A stretch of DNA of 64,000 nucleotides from Candidatus Aminicenantes bacterium. GTDB lineage: Bacteria; Acidobacteriota; Aminicenantia; Aminicenantales; JAFGBC01. The stretch is taken from assembly GCA_963702005.1 (NCBI GenBank), contig OY969696.1, forward strand, positions 2,976,001-3,040,000, written 5' to 3'. Below the pieces are notes generated by a model that did not search any database, had not been told where the DNA came from, and saw only the letters and a list, made by a program, of their open reading frames with translations. Positions 32,223 to 42,286 of this stretch are shown here, piece after piece. The stretch's first letter is position 1, and the number at the start of each line of letters is the position of its first letter. Both the position numbers and the translations under genes were made by a program.

Positions 32223-33665
32223 TCAGTCCTCCTCCTCGGGCTTGGTCATGGGCTCGACGGCGACGACCTGGGCTTTGAAGGTCGCGTCGAAGGTCCGGAA
32301 GGAGGGATCCTTGAGGGCCGCCTCGAGATCGCGGGCCTTCCGAATCCGATCGCTCCCGGTATCGCGGACCGGAACGGTCCCCTCCCCGCTCCGCTCCCGG
32401 GGAGGGGCCGCCGACGACGGCGGTGACGATCCGGCCCGCGGGTCGGCCGGGATATGCTCGCGAGGGCCGGGGCCGCCGGCGCCCGGGGACGTCGGGATTG
32501 AAGCCCCGGATCCGGCGACGCCCAGCTCCAGCTTGAGGCCCTCCAGCTCCTCGAGCAGCTCCCCGAGGGGAACGATTCGCCGGAAATGACTGAGCCGGAT
32601 GAGGGCCGTCTCGAAGCTGATCCGGGGGTGGGACGAATACTTGAGCGCGGCCTCGCCCTGCTGGAGGGCGATCAGGAAGCGGAGGATATCCTCCACGCCG
32701 ACCTTTTCGGCCTCGGCCCGGAGCAGGGCCAAATCCTCCTCGCCCAAGGGGAGAAGGTCGCGCGGGTCGGGCACGATCCGGACCAGGAGCAGGTTCCGGA
32801 AATGCTGAATGAGCTCCTTGTAGAAAGCCCGGAGGTCGTAGCCCCGGTCGATGACGGTTTCGACGAGCGGGAAGAGACGGTCGGAGTTCTCGCCGATGAC
32901 GGCCGTCGAAAACTCCAGAAGGAGCCGGCGGTCGATCACCCCCAGGATTTCCTTGAGGGCCTCATCCCCGACCTCGTTTCCGCAGAAGGCCACGGCCTGG
33001 TCGAGCAGGCTTTCGGCGTCCCGGAGGCTCCCCTCCGAGGCCTCGGCGATCAAATGGAGCCCGGCCGGGGAGACGGCGATGCCCTCCCGGGCGGCGATCG
33101 AAGCCAGATGGTCGGCCATTTCCTTCTGGCCGATTTTGCGGAACTCGAAGTGCTGGCAGCGGGAGACGATCGTCGGCGGAACCTTGTGGAATTCGGTCGT
33201 GGCGAAGATGAAGACGGTCGAGGGCGGCGGCTCCTCGAGGGTCTTGAGGAGGGCGTTGAAGGCGGGGCCGGTCACCTGGTGAACCTCGTCGATGATGACG
33301 ACCTTGGACCGGCTCTGGATGGGCTTATAGCGGACGGCTTCGCGCAGCTGGCGGATGTCGTCGATGCCGCGATTCGAGGCGCCGTCGATCTCGAGGACGT
33401 CGAGGGCGCGGTCTTCGTTGACGGCCGTGCACGACTCGCAGACGTTGCAGGGGGTCGGGGTCGGCCCGTTGATGCAGTTCAGGGCCTTGGCCAGGATCCG
33501 GGCCGCCGTCGTCTTACCGACGCCCCTCATCCCGGAAAAGATATAGGCCTGGGCGACCCGGTTTGATTTGATCGCGTTCTGGAGGGTCTGGACGATCGAT
33601 TTCTGGCCGACGACCTCCTCGAAGGTCTTGGGCCTGTACTTGCGGGCGAATATCTCGTAGGGCAT
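32223..33665 (-). CDS. dnaX: DNA polymerase III subunit gamma/tau
   Basis: ARKYRP, GMRGVGKTT, EIDGASN, IIDEVH, SRC. Confidence 0.97.
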   Translation of the reverse strand: MPYEIFARKYRPKTFEEVVGQKSIVQTLQNAIKSNRVAQAYIFSGMRGVGKTTAARILAKALNCINGPTPTPCNVCESCTAVNEDRALDVLEIDGASNRGIDDIRQLREAVRYKPIQSRSKVVIIDEVHQVTGPAFNALLKTLEEPPPSTVFIFATTEFHKVPPTIVSRCQHFEFRKIGQKEMADHLASIAAREGIAVSPAGLHLIAEASEGSLRDAESLLDQAVAFCGNEVGDEALKEILGVIDRRLLLEFSTAVIGENSDRLFPLVETVIDRGYDLRAFYKELIQHFRNLLLVRIVPDPRDLLPLGEEDLALLRAEAEKVGVEDILRFLIALQQGEAALKYSSHPRISFETALIRLSHFRRIVPLGELLEELEGLKLELGVAGSGASIPTSPGAGGPGPREHIPADPRAGSSPPSSAAPPRERSGEGTVPVRDTGSDRIRKARDLEAALKDPSFRTFDATFKAQVVAVEPMTKPEEED

Positions 33666-33766
33666 CGAACCTTGACTCCGGGTTGGGGAGTTATATTAGC
33701 ACATTTCCGGCCCAAAACAAAAACGGGGCTTGGGACAGGCTCAGCCGATGGAGTTCGAAGGACGCG

Positions 33767-33961
33767 GCGGCTCGGACCAGGCCATTCGAGGGCACGCGGC
33801 GATTTCCCCGGCGAGGAAATCTTGCTCGCTTCGAGCCTCCGCTCCCGCCTTCGCTTCGCTCGGCGGCCCGTGCCCGCTCCGGCTCTCAGACGACCCTCTT
33901 CATGGCCTGGTGCCTCGCCGACCTCGACATGAGAATACCCGATCGACCCTTCGAAGGGCCT
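33767..33961. repeat. Structured ~200-bp dispersed repeat, copy 1
   Basis: Highly similar to 37709-37911; nested inverted repeats (ACCAGGCCAT/ATGGCCTGGT, GATTTCC/GGAAATC, GCTCG/CGAGC, CCCT/AGGG). Confidence 0.85.
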
Positions 33962-34042
33962 TCTCCGCCAAATAGTCCTAATCCTACCTTGATGGAACAA
34001 GCAAAGGAAAATGATTGAGATAGCTCCCGGTGACGTTATAAT

Positions 34043-34927
34043 ATGGAAAACGCTACAGAACTTCTGATGAGCCATAAGTCGAGCCTCCTCCATGTCCACG
34101 CGGCCGTCGTATTGTTCGGGCTGGCCGGGCTGTTCGGGAAATGGCTCGCGCTCCCCCCGACTCTCATCGTCCTGGGCCGGGTCGTGTTCGGGAGCTTGGC
34201 GTTGGCCGTCGTCCTCCTCGTCACCGGCCAAGGATTCCGGGTTCGCACCGGCCAGGACGCGCTCTTATTTCTCCTTCAAGGTTTTATCCTCGCCCTTCAC
34301 TGGGTTCTGTTCTTTCGATCCATCCAGATCTCCTCAGTAGCCGTCGGGCTCCTATCCTACTCGAGTTTCCCGGTTTTTACGGTCCTCCTGGAGCCGGCCG
34401 TTTTTAAGGAGCGCCTGGACCGCCTCAACATTCTGATGGCGGGAATGTGCCTGGGCGGCATCCTGCTCATCGTCCCCCGCTTCAACCTCTCCGACGCGAC
34501 CGTGCGCGGACTGGGCTACGGCCTGGGAGCCGGCTTGACTTTCACGATACTGACCCTCATCAACAGGTTCCAGACGTCTCGTTACGGGAGCCTGGAAATA
34601 GCGCTCGGCCAGGACTTGGCGGCCGTTCTCTTTCTCAGCCCTTTTCTGCTGACTCCGCGTCCCGTATTCTCGGCCCGGACTCTTCTGCTCCTTGCCCTCC
34701 TGGGCGTATTCTGCACCGCTCTGGCCCACACCCTTTTCATAGGATCCATGAGGCGGATCAAGGCTCAAACGGCGGCCATCATCAGCTCATTGGAGCCGGT
34801 CTACGGAATGGCTGCGGCCGCCTTCCTTCTCGGAGAGAGATGGCCCCTCCGCACGATCCTGGGAGGGGCCGTTATTCTCGGGACGACGCTGATCGTGAGC
34901 CGGCGGGCCCGGGCGCGCGGCGCCTGA
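34043..34927 (+). CDS. EamA/DMT family transporter
   Basis: About 10 TM segments in two repeats; ISSLEPVYG. Confidence 0.9.
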   Translation: MENATELLMSHKSSLLHVHAAVVLFGLAGLFGKWLALPPTLIVLGRVVFGSLALAVVLLVTGQGFRVRTGQDALLFLLQGFILALHWVLFFRSIQISSVAVGLLSYSSFPVFTVLLEPAVFKERLDRLNILMAGMCLGGILLIVPRFNLSDATVRGLGYGLGAGLTFTILTLINRFQTSRYGSLEIALGQDLAAVLFLSPFLLTPRPVFSARTLLLLALLGVFCTALAHTLFIGSMRRIKAQTAAIISSLEPVYGMAAAAFLLGERWPLRTILGGAVILGTTLIVSRRARARGA

Positions 34928-34941
34928 GCGCGCCGTCGGCT

Positions 34942-36090
34942 TCAGTCCTTTTTAAGCTTCCGCTTCTTGACCTTATCCTCTTCGGCTTTATGCCGTTTGT
35001 CGAGCTCCTCTTTCTCGGCTTCGTGGCGCTTCTTGAGCTCGACGACCTTGTCCTGGATTTCCTTCTCGATTTTCTGCTTCTCCGGCTCGCTGGGCGCCTT
35101 CTTGACGTCTTCTTCGACCTTCCTCCTCATGAGGCCGAGCTCTTCCTCTTGGCTCCTCTCGAGAAGGCGGGTTTCGTCCCGCTGGTCCTCCTTGAGCTCG
35201 TCCTCCTCGGAGAGGAGGACTTTCCGGTCGCCGCGCAGAGGCCGGTTTCTGATCTCTTGACCCGCTTCTTCCTTGCTGATGACGCGCCGCGGCTTGGCCT
35301 GGTCGTTCTTGAGGAGCTCGGGGCGGTAGATCTCGACCTCGCGCGGGCCGAGCCGGGCCTGTCCGGGCTGCCGGGCGTCCCTCAAGTCGTACTTGACGAC
35401 TTCGTTCCGGGTCGCGCGCCGGATCTGGTCGATATCGATGCCCTCGTTCACGATCCGGCTGTTGCGATAGACGATGTTCGTCTTGATGACGGTATAGTGA
35501 ATGATCGTGATGTTCCGCTCATAAGGAAGGACGTAGCGTCCGAGGTCGGCATCGAGGAAATAGCGGCCGTCGATGAAGAGCCAGTAATAATCCGGGACGT
35601 CGTCCACGTAAATCATGCCGCCGCGCCAGGCCGCGCCCGGGGGAAGGGGCGCCCATCCGTAATAGAGATCGCCCCAGCGCCAGGCGACCCAGGCCGGCCC
35701 CCAAACCGTGTCGGGAACCCAGAACCAGCCCATGTCACGGTCCCAGCCCCAACGGCCGTAGTGGAAGGGGATCCAGCCCCACTCGAAGGCCGAGATCCAG
35801 GTCCAGCCATAATCGGTCCAGACCCAGCGGCCGTGGGTATAGGGACGCCAGCGATAGGGAACGCCCCGCGGAACCCAGACGTTGCCGAAGGGCGCGTTCC
35901 AAACCCAATCGCCGTACTCCGAGAGATAATCGTAGAAATAGGAGATGTCACGGTTGCGGCCGTAGCTGTAATCCTCGCGGTCCCGAGAGGTCGCCCGCTG
36001 GGGACCGGAGTAGTCGTCCCTGGGGACATAGATGACGCAGCCCGCCAGGAACAGGACAAGGATGACGGCGATCCAGATCATGCGTTTCAT
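34942..36090 (-). CDS. DUF6600-like lipoprotein with charged coiled-coil tail
   Basis: LAGC lipobox; FYDYLSEYGDW, WRPYTHGRWVWTDYGWTW, WGPAWVAW. Confidence 0.8.
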   Translation of the reverse strand: MKRMIWIAVILVLFLAGCVIYVPRDDYSGPQRATSRDREDYSYGRNRDISYFYDYLSEYGDWVWNAPFGNVWVPRGVPYRWRPYTHGRWVWTDYGWTWISAFEWGWIPFHYGRWGWDRDMGWFWVPDTVWGPAWVAWRWGDLYYGWAPLPPGAAWRGGMIYVDDVPDYYWLFIDGRYFLDADLGRYVLPYERNITIIHYTVIKTNIVYRNSRIVNEGIDIDQIRRATRNEVVKYDLRDARQPGQARLGPREVEIYRPELLKNDQAKPRRVISKEEAGQEIRNRPLRGDRKVLLSEEDELKEDQRDETRLLERSQEEELGLMRRKVEEDVKKAPSEPEKQKIEKEIQDKVVELKKRHEAEKEELDKRHKAEEDKVKKRKLKKD

Positions 36091-36143
36091 GGCCTTGTGC
36101 CTCCCTGCTTATCGATTCTCATAGACTTCACAATTTATTATAT

Positions 36144-36159
36144 AGCAAAAGCCATGCCA
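36144..36159 (-). promoter_or_regulatory. Sigma54 promoter of the DUF6600-like gene
   Basis: Minus-strand TGGCATGGCTTTTGCT closely matches the TGGCAC-N5-TTGCW consensus. Confidence 0.75.
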
Positions 36160-36284
36160 AATGATCTAGGGGAAGAATTCAGGGGAGGAAGAGACACGGA
36201 ACCCGGCGCTGTCCTCCTTGGAGGACAGCCAGCTGTCCGCACGGCCACAGAATGCCCGGACGCTTTTTTATCGAACCGCTATCG

Positions 36285-37493
36285 TCAGGCCGCAAGGTCC
36301 TTGAAGACCTTTTTAATCCGCTTGAAGGCCCAGTTGAGGTCCTTCTCGGAAATGATGAGCGGGGGCGCGAAGCGGATGACGTGGTCGTGAGTCTCTTTGC
36401 AGAGCAGCCCCTCGTTCTTGAAGGCTTCACAGAAGCGGCGGGCGCCGCCGGCCTCGGGATGAAGCTCGATCCCGATCAGCAGGCCCCGGCCCCGGACTTC
36501 CTTGATGTGTTTGCTCTTGATGGTCTTGAGCTTCTCCATGAAGTAGGCGCCCTGGGCGGCCGCCCTGGCGACGAGATTCTCCTCCTGGATGACCCGGATC
36601 GCCTCGCGGGCGACAGCGCAGGCCAGGGGATTCCCGCCGAAGGTCGAGCCGTGCTCGCCCGGCTTTAAGACGCCCAGGATCTCCCGCGTCGAGCAGACGG
36701 CCGAGATCGGGATACAGCCGCCGCCCAGCGATTTCCCGATGACGACCATGTCGGGCTTAACCTCTTCATACTCGCAGGCGAAGAGCTTCCCGACCCGGCC
36801 CAGGCCGGTCTGAATCTCGTCGGCGATGAACAGGACATTGTGCTTGGTACAGATGTCCCGGACGGCCTTGAGGTAGCCGGCGGGCGGAATGAGGATTCCG
36901 GCCTCAGCCTGGATGGGCTCAACGATGATGGCCGCCGTGTTGGGAGTGATGGCCGCCTCGAAGGCCGCCGCATCTCCGAAGGGGATGATCTTGAATCCCG
37001 GCGTAAACGGCCCGAAGTCCCGGCGATAGAGGGGCTCGGTCGAGAAGCTGATGAGGGAGACGGTCCGGCCGTGGAAGTTGTTCGCGCAGGCGATGATTTC
37101 GGCCTGGTCCTGTGGAACGCCCTTCTTCTGGTAGGCCCATTTGCGGGCCGTCTTGACCGCCGTCTCGACGGCTTCGGCGCCCGAGTTCATGGGCAGCATC
37201 ATCTCGAACCCGGTCAGGTCGCAGAGCTCCTTGTCGAGGAACGGGAGTTGGTCGTTCCGGAAGGCGCGCGAAGTCAGGGTGATTCGCTTGGCCTGCTGGA
37301 CGAGGGCCTTGATGATCCTGGGATGACAGTGGCCCTGGTTGAGGGCCGAATAGGAGCTCAGGAAGTCGAGATACTTCCGACCTTCGACGTCCCAGACCCA
37401 AATGCCTTTCGACTGGCTGATGACAACGTCCAGGGGATGATAGTTATGAGCCCCGTATAGGTCCTCGAGAGTGATCAGGTCTTTGCTGTCCAT
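36285..37493 (-). CDS. rocD: Ornithine--oxo-acid transaminase
   Basis: GAHNYHPL, YSALNQGHCHP, LTSRAF, DEIQTGLGR, PGEHGSTFGGNPLAC. Confidence 0.95.
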   Translation of the reverse strand: MDSKDLITLEDLYGAHNYHPLDVVISQSKGIWVWDVEGRKYLDFLSSYSALNQGHCHPRIIKALVQQAKRITLTSRAFRNDQLPFLDKELCDLTGFEMMLPMNSGAEAVETAVKTARKWAYQKKGVPQDQAEIIACANNFHGRTVSLISFSTEPLYRRDFGPFTPGFKIIPFGDAAAFEAAITPNTAAIIVEPIQAEAGILIPPAGYLKAVRDICTKHNVLFIADEIQTGLGRVGKLFACEYEEVKPDMVVIGKSLGGGCIPISAVCSTREILGVLKPGEHGSTFGGNPLACAVAREAIRVIQEENLVARAAAQGAYFMEKLKTIKSKHIKEVRGRGLLIGIELHPEAGGARRFCEAFKNEGLLCKETHDHVIRFAPPLIISEKDLNWAFKRIKKVFKDLAA

Positions 37494-37547
37494 GCGACGC
37501 TCCCTCCAGGTCTCCGCGACGGCCGTCCGGCGGGTTCATTATTTCAA

Positions 37548-37642
<95 letters not shown>

Positions 37643-37708
37643 ACGTCCATAAAATCAAGGATCCGCAGTGAAGGACTAAGCTATCAAAAAACCGGAATCA
37701 GGTCAAAT

Positions 37709-37911
37709 GCGGCTCGGCCCAGGCCGTTCGAGGGCACACTTCGATTTCCCCAGCGAGGAAATCTTGCTCGCTTCGAGCCTCCGCTCCCGATTTGAAGACT
37801 AGCGTCCCCAAATCGGACCATGCCCGCTCCGGCTCTCAGACGACCCTCTTCATGGCCTGGTGCCTCGCCGACCTAGGAAATAGAATGCCTGATCGACCCT
37901 GCGTAGGGCCT
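37709..37911. repeat. Structured ~200-bp dispersed repeat, copy 2
   Basis: Highly similar to 33767-33961 except for a replaced central hairpin; overlaps the hom stop codon. Confidence 0.85.
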
Positions 37912-38964
37912 CTTCACCCCAGCGCCTCTCGCTATATGGATATGGATGATATCCTTGAGGAGGGCGGCGGCCGCGCCGCGCGGGTCGGACTTGCCGCCGC
38001 TGACGGTTACCGCCCCCATCGTGTCCGTCGTGAAGGTAATGCCCTTGCTCGTGTCCCGTACCCCGAAAAGCGGATGTTCCGGCTCCAGGACGGCCGGGCC
38101 GACCCTGAGCGTCCAGCCGCTTCCCGCCTCGGCCTTTGAGCAGCTGCCCAAGAGCTTGACGGTCCTACCCTGCCCGGCCACGGCGCGAATGACGGTCTCG
38201 CTCTCCGGGCCGATCCCGTCGACCCGGACTTCCCCGAGGTCGAAAGCCGTCTCGAGCACGGCATTGGCGATGAGGACGAGCTTGCAGGCCGTGTCCCAGC
38301 CCCCTACGTCGAGAGACGGGTCCGGCTCGGCGATGCCCTTGGCTTGCGCCTCTTCAACGGCGCGGCCGTAGCTCAAGCCCTCTTCCATCCTGGTCAGGAT
38401 GTAGTTTGAGGTTCCGTTGAGAACCCCCTCGATTTTCAAGACCTCGGCTCCGGCCAGCGACATGACCCCGACATCCAGCGTCGGCAATGCGGCGGCCGTC
38501 GCAGCGCTGTAGCGGATCTCGACTCCGGCCCGCCGGGCCGCTTCCTTGAGACCGGTATAATCCCGTACCAACGGCCCCTTGCCCGCCGTCGCGACGTTCC
38601 AGCCCTTGGCCAGGGCTTCGCGGATGATGCCCAGGCCCGGCTCTCCGCTCCGGATGGACGAGGGCGTGCAATCCACGAGCACTCCGGGCCTTCCCTTTCC
38701 CAAGACATCCGTAAGCGTGGTCCCCTTCGCCCAAGCGCCGGGCCGGGCGGTCGGCTCCTCCGCCTCCGCGGCCAAGGAAGCGCCGTCCAAGCCTCCCTGG
38801 GAATAGAGTATGCCGCTCTTCCTGACGATGGCGACCAGCCTCAATCGAAGTCCATAGCGGGACCGCAGCGGCGCCGCTTTCTCGGCCGCGATCCGGGCAA
38901 AGGCCCTGCCGACGTGGCCGAAGCCGGCCAGAATGATCGCGACGTCCTTATCGTTTTCGGTCAT
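37873..38964 (-). CDS. hom: Homoserine dehydrogenase
   Basis: GFGHVG, EGVLNGTSNYIL, GIAEPDPSLDVGGWDTACKLVLIAN. Confidence 0.9.
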   Translation of the reverse strand: MTENDKDVAIILAGFGHVGRAFARIAAEKAAPLRSRYGLRLRLVAIVRKSGILYSQGGLDGASLAAEAEEPTARPGAWAKGTTLTDVLGKGRPGVLVDCTPSSIRSGEPGLGIIREALAKGWNVATAGKGPLVRDYTGLKEAARRAGVEIRYSAATAAALPTLDVGVMSLAGAEVLKIEGVLNGTSNYILTRMEEGLSYGRAVEEAQAKGIAEPDPSLDVGGWDTACKLVLIANAVLETAFDLGEVRVDGIGPESETVIRAVAGQGRTVKLLGSCSKAEAGSGWTLRVGPAVLEPEHPLFGVRDTSKGITFTTDTMGAVTVSGGKSDPRGAAAALLKDIIHIHIARGAGVKRPYAGSIRHSIS

Positions 38965-40432
38965 GGATCGTTTCCCTGTCGCTCTTCCCCCGAGCCAGCG
39001 AGGCGAAGACCCCCAAGAAGCAAAGAAAGGCGAAGACGATGAAGGCGACTCTCAGGCTGACCAGGAACCGGCCGTAGAAGGCCGGGGTGATCCGGGCTTG
39101 GCCGATGGCGACCGAAAACAGCATCATGACGATCGCCAGACTCAGCATCTGCCCCACCAAGCGCATCGTCCCCAGCGTCGCCGAGGCGACTCCATAATGC
39201 TTTTTCTCGACGGAGCACATGACGGCGTTCGTGTTCGGAGACGAGAACAGAGCGAACCCGAAGCCGACCAGCAGCAGGCCGGCGACGATGGAGGCGAGCG
39301 CCGTGCCTTCCGTCACGAAGGCGAAAACAAGAAGGCCGAGGCTCGACAGGGCCATGCCCGCCGAGGCCAGGATGCGCGGGTCCCTACGGTCGGAGAGCTT
39401 CCCGGCCAAGGGAGAAAAAGCGGCCATGACGACGGGTTGCGCGACCAGGACCAGGCCCGCGGCCTGGGGGCTCATCCCCTTGATATATTGGAGATAGAGG
39501 CTCACCAGGAAGCTCAAAGCCGACGTGGCGCAGTAGTTTATGAGGGCGGCCAGGTTGGAAAAGCCGTAAACCCGGTTCCGGATCATGAGCCGGACGTCGA
39601 ATACGGGCATGGCGACCCTTTTTTCCAACACGACGAAGACCACCGCGCCGACTGTTCCGGCCAGGGTCATTCCGATTCCCAGGCCGGTAGGAAGCCGGGA
39701 AAACCCGAACATGAGGGCCAGGAGCGTCAAGGCAAAGAAAGCCGACCCGGCCAGGTCGAACGTCTCGCCGCGCGCCTCGGCCCACTCCCCTTTGAAATGC
39801 CAGGCCACCAGCGCGATGATCAGGAGGCCGATCGGAACCTGGGTCCAGAATAAGCTCCGCCAGCCGAAATACTGGGTCAGGATGCCTCCGACGACCGGAC
39901 CGAGCGACAAGCCCAAATAGACGGCCGCCGTGTTGATTCCCAGCGCCCGGCCTCGTTCGCCGGGCGGGAAGACCGAGGTCAGGAGCGCGACCGCCGTCCC
40001 GAAAATCATGGCCCCCCCCAGGCCTTGGCCGACCCGGAAGGCGATCAGGATCGCGGCCGAGGGCGATAGGGCCAGAACCGCCGAGGCGACCGTATAGATC
40101 ACGATGCCCCAGGCGAAGATTTTTTTGCGGCCGATGAGATCGGCGAGCCGGCCCATCGGCACCAGAGATATGGCGGCGGCAAGTATATAAGCGGAAGCCA
40201 CCCAGCCCAGCCGGACGGCGTTCAGGGAAAATTCCCGTCCTATCGAAGGGAGGGCCAGGTTCAGGGACGAGCCCATGAAGGGCGTCAGAAACGAAGCCAA
40301 GGCCGTAATGATGAGGGCCGAGCGCCGGGTCAGAGCCAGGGCCGGCGACGAAACTGGCGGAGAGGGCGGGATTCGAACCCGCGATTCCGATTGCTCAGAA
40401 TAACGGTTTTCGAGACCGTCGCCTTCAACCAC
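38948..40432 (-). CDS. MFS transporter, DHA2 (14-TMS) type; start codon uncertain
   Basis: GRLADLIGRKK motif A, ERGRALG, LGPVVGG, GWRSLFW. The open frame extends into the upstream tRNA gene. Confidence 0.9.
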   Translation of the reverse strand: MVEGDGLENRYSEQSESRVRIPPSPPVSSPALALTRRSALIITALASFLTPFMGSSLNLALPSIGREFSLNAVRLGWVASAYILAAAISLVPMGRLADLIGRKKIFAWGIVIYTVASAVLALSPSAAILIAFRVGQGLGGAMIFGTAVALLTSVFPPGERGRALGINTAAVYLGLSLGPVVGGILTQYFGWRSLFWTQVPIGLLIIALVAWHFKGEWAEARGETFDLAGSAFFALTLLALMFGFSRLPTGLGIGMTLAGTVGAVVFVVLEKRVAMPVFDVRLMIRNRVYGFSNLAALINYCATSALSFLVSLYLQYIKGMSPQAAGLVLVAQPVVMAAFSPLAGKLSDRRDPRILASAGMALSSLGLLVFAFVTEGTALASIVAGLLLVGFGFALFSSPNTNAVMCSVEKKHYGVASATLGTMRLVGQMLSLAIVMMLFSVAIGQARITPAFYGRFLVSLRVAFIVFAFLCFLGVFASLARGKSDRETIHDRKR

Positions 40433-40446
40433 TCGGCCACCTCTCC
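40355..40446 (-). tRNA. tRNA-Ser(CGA)
   Basis: GGAGAGG acceptor stem, anticodon arm ACGGT-CTCGAAA-ACCGT, long variable arm, GGTTCGAATCC, encoded CCA. Confidence 0.97.
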
Positions 40447-40490
40447 GCTAAACGCCATATCATATCATATTTGACAAGAGCCGTCGCCGT

Positions 40491-40961
40491 TCAGGAGGAC
40501 GAACGGCCGGGGCGATGTCTTTTCGCCTTGAAGAACTCCTTGAGGGCCCGGCCGCAGGCAGGGGCGAGGATCCCGCCCCGGACCTCGATGCGATGGTTGA
40601 CCTTATCGAACGGAAAGACGAGCGCAGACTCTACGGCTCCGGCTTTGGGATCGGGCGCGCCGTAGACGATCCTCCGGATCCGGGCCTGGATCGCGGCGCC
40701 CAAACACATCGCGCAGGGCTCGATCGTGACATAGAGGTCGCAGCCGGCGAGGCGGTAGTTGCCGGTTCGCCGGGCGGCCCGCCGTATCGCGACGACCTCG
40801 GCGTGGGCGGTCGGATCCGTAGCGCCGATCATTCGGTTGCGGCCGCGGGCGATAATCCGGCCTGCGGAGACGACGACGGCGCCTACCGGGACTTCATCCT
40901 TCCGGCTCGCCTTGATGGCTTCGGCCAGCGCCGCCTTCATGAAAATCTCATCCCGATCCAT
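40491..40961 (-). CDS. tadA: tRNA adenosine(34) deaminase
   Basis: EVPVGAV, DPTAHAE, YVTIEPCAMC, DPKAGA, FFKAKR. Confidence 0.95.
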   Translation of the reverse strand: MDRDEIFMKAALAEAIKASRKDEVPVGAVVVSAGRIIARGRNRMIGATDPTAHAEVVAIRRAARRTGNYRLAGCDLYVTIEPCAMCLGAAIQARIRRIVYGAPDPKAGAVESALVFPFDKVNHRIEVRGGILAPACGRALKEFFKAKRHRPGRSSS

Positions 40962-41080
40962 GGCGGTCCTTCGAGGGCCATTGTATCGTCCGGCCGGCCG
41001 GTTTTCAACCCGGGGACGGAGCTTTACAGCCCGGCCCCCCTCGCCTTAAACTGGGGAGGATTCCATCCCGGGAGACAGTC

Positions 41081-42286
41081 ATGGACCAACTTGAATGCCT
41101 CTTTTGCAGCAAGGCTTTCGTCTACGATCCCTTCTCTCCTTTCTGCCCGGACTGCCGAGAACCGCTCCTCGTCGCCTCGCCCAAAACGCCGTGCGCCTTT
41201 CATCCCGATAAAAGCCTGTCGCTCGAACGTTTCCGGGAATTCCTCCCCCTCCCCGAGATCGACCCCGGCCTCAGCCTGGGCGAAGGCTCGACTCCCCTCC
41301 TCGCCCTCGGCCGTCTCTCGAAGCGCTTCGAACTCCCCGCCCTCTACGCCAAGAACGAGACCATGAATCCGACCCAAAGCTTTAAGGATCGGGGAACGGC
41401 CGTCGCCGTCCAAAACGCGCGGCGGCTGGGATTCAAGCGGATCGGGACGGTTTCAACCGGCAACATGGCGGCGTCGACGGCCGCCTACGGGGCGCGGGCC
41501 GGGCTGGAGACTTTCGTCCTGCTTAAGGACGGGACGCCCGAAGAAAACATCCTGATGGCCGGGGTTCATCATCCTCATCTGCTCGTCATCGAGGGCGATT
41601 ATGGGCGGCTCTTCTATGAAAGCCTGTCCCTGGGCCGCAAGCATCGGATTTTCTTCATGAACTCGATCGACCCCTTCCGCATCGAAGGCTACAAGCTTAC
41701 CGGCTTCGAGATCTTCCTTCAGCTGGGAGGCCGGGTCCCCGATTACCTCGTTGTGCCCCTCAGCTCGGGCGGGCATCTCGTCGGGCTTCTCAAATCCTTC
41801 CTGGAGCTCAAAGAACTGGGGTTCGCGGACCGGATCCCCGTCGTCGTCGGCGTTCAGGCCGAGGGTTGCGCTCCTCTGGCCCGGGCCTTTGCGGCCGGAG
41901 CGTCCCGTTTCAGCGTCTTCGAAAATCCGCGGACGATCGCCCACGCTATTTCCAATCCCCATCCCCCGGCCGGGGCTCTCGTCCTGAAGATGATGAAGGA
42001 ACGGGGAGGGCTCATCACCGCGGTTTCCGACCGGGACATGCTGGAAGCCCAGGAGCTCCTCGCCGCGGATGGCCTGTTCTGTCAGCCCGACTCGGCGACG
42101 ACGCTGGCGGCGCTCATTAAGCTCGGCCGGACCAAGGCTCTCGACCCCGACGGCGCGGCCGTCCTCGTCATCACGGGAAGCGGCCTCAAGAATCTCAAGG
42201 TCTTGGAAGCTTCGCGTCTGCCGCGGCGGAGGGTGACGCTGGCGGGATTGGCGGGCGCCTTGGCCGGAAGGACGGCCGAGGTTTAA
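41081..42286 (+). CDS. thrC: Threonine synthase
   Basis: N-terminal Cys cluster, LGEGSTPL, NPTQSFKDRG (PLP lysine), STGN, ITGSGLK. Confidence 0.88.
   Translation: MDQLECLFCSKAFVYDPFSPFCPDCREPLLVASPKTPCAFHPDKSLSLERFREFLPLPEIDPGLSLGEGSTPLLALGRLSKRFELPALYAKNETMNPTQSFKDRGTAVAVQNARRLGFKRIGTVSTGNMAASTAAYGARAGLETFVLLKDGTPEENILMAGVHHPHLLVIEGDYGRLFYESLSLGRKHRIFFMNSIDPFRIEGYKLTGFEIFLQLGGRVPDYLVVPLSSGGHLVGLLKSFLELKELGFADRIPVVVGVQAEGCAPLARAFAAGASRFSVFENPRTIAHAISNPHPPAGALVLKMMKERGGLITAVSDRDMLEAQELLAADGLFCQPDSATTLAALIKLGRTKALDPDGAAVLVITGSGLKNLKVLEASRLPRRRVTLAGLAGALAGRTAEV

Noticed and set aside
32223-33665. dnaX gamma/tau frameshift signal
   Set aside because: No A-AAA-AAG heptamer or long A tract was seen on the coding strand.
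33666-34040. SRP RNA (ffs), often found upstream of dnaX
   Set aside because: No helix-8 motif (CAGGTCCGGAAGGAAGCAG-like) was seen on either strand; the structured sequence here is the dispersed repeat.
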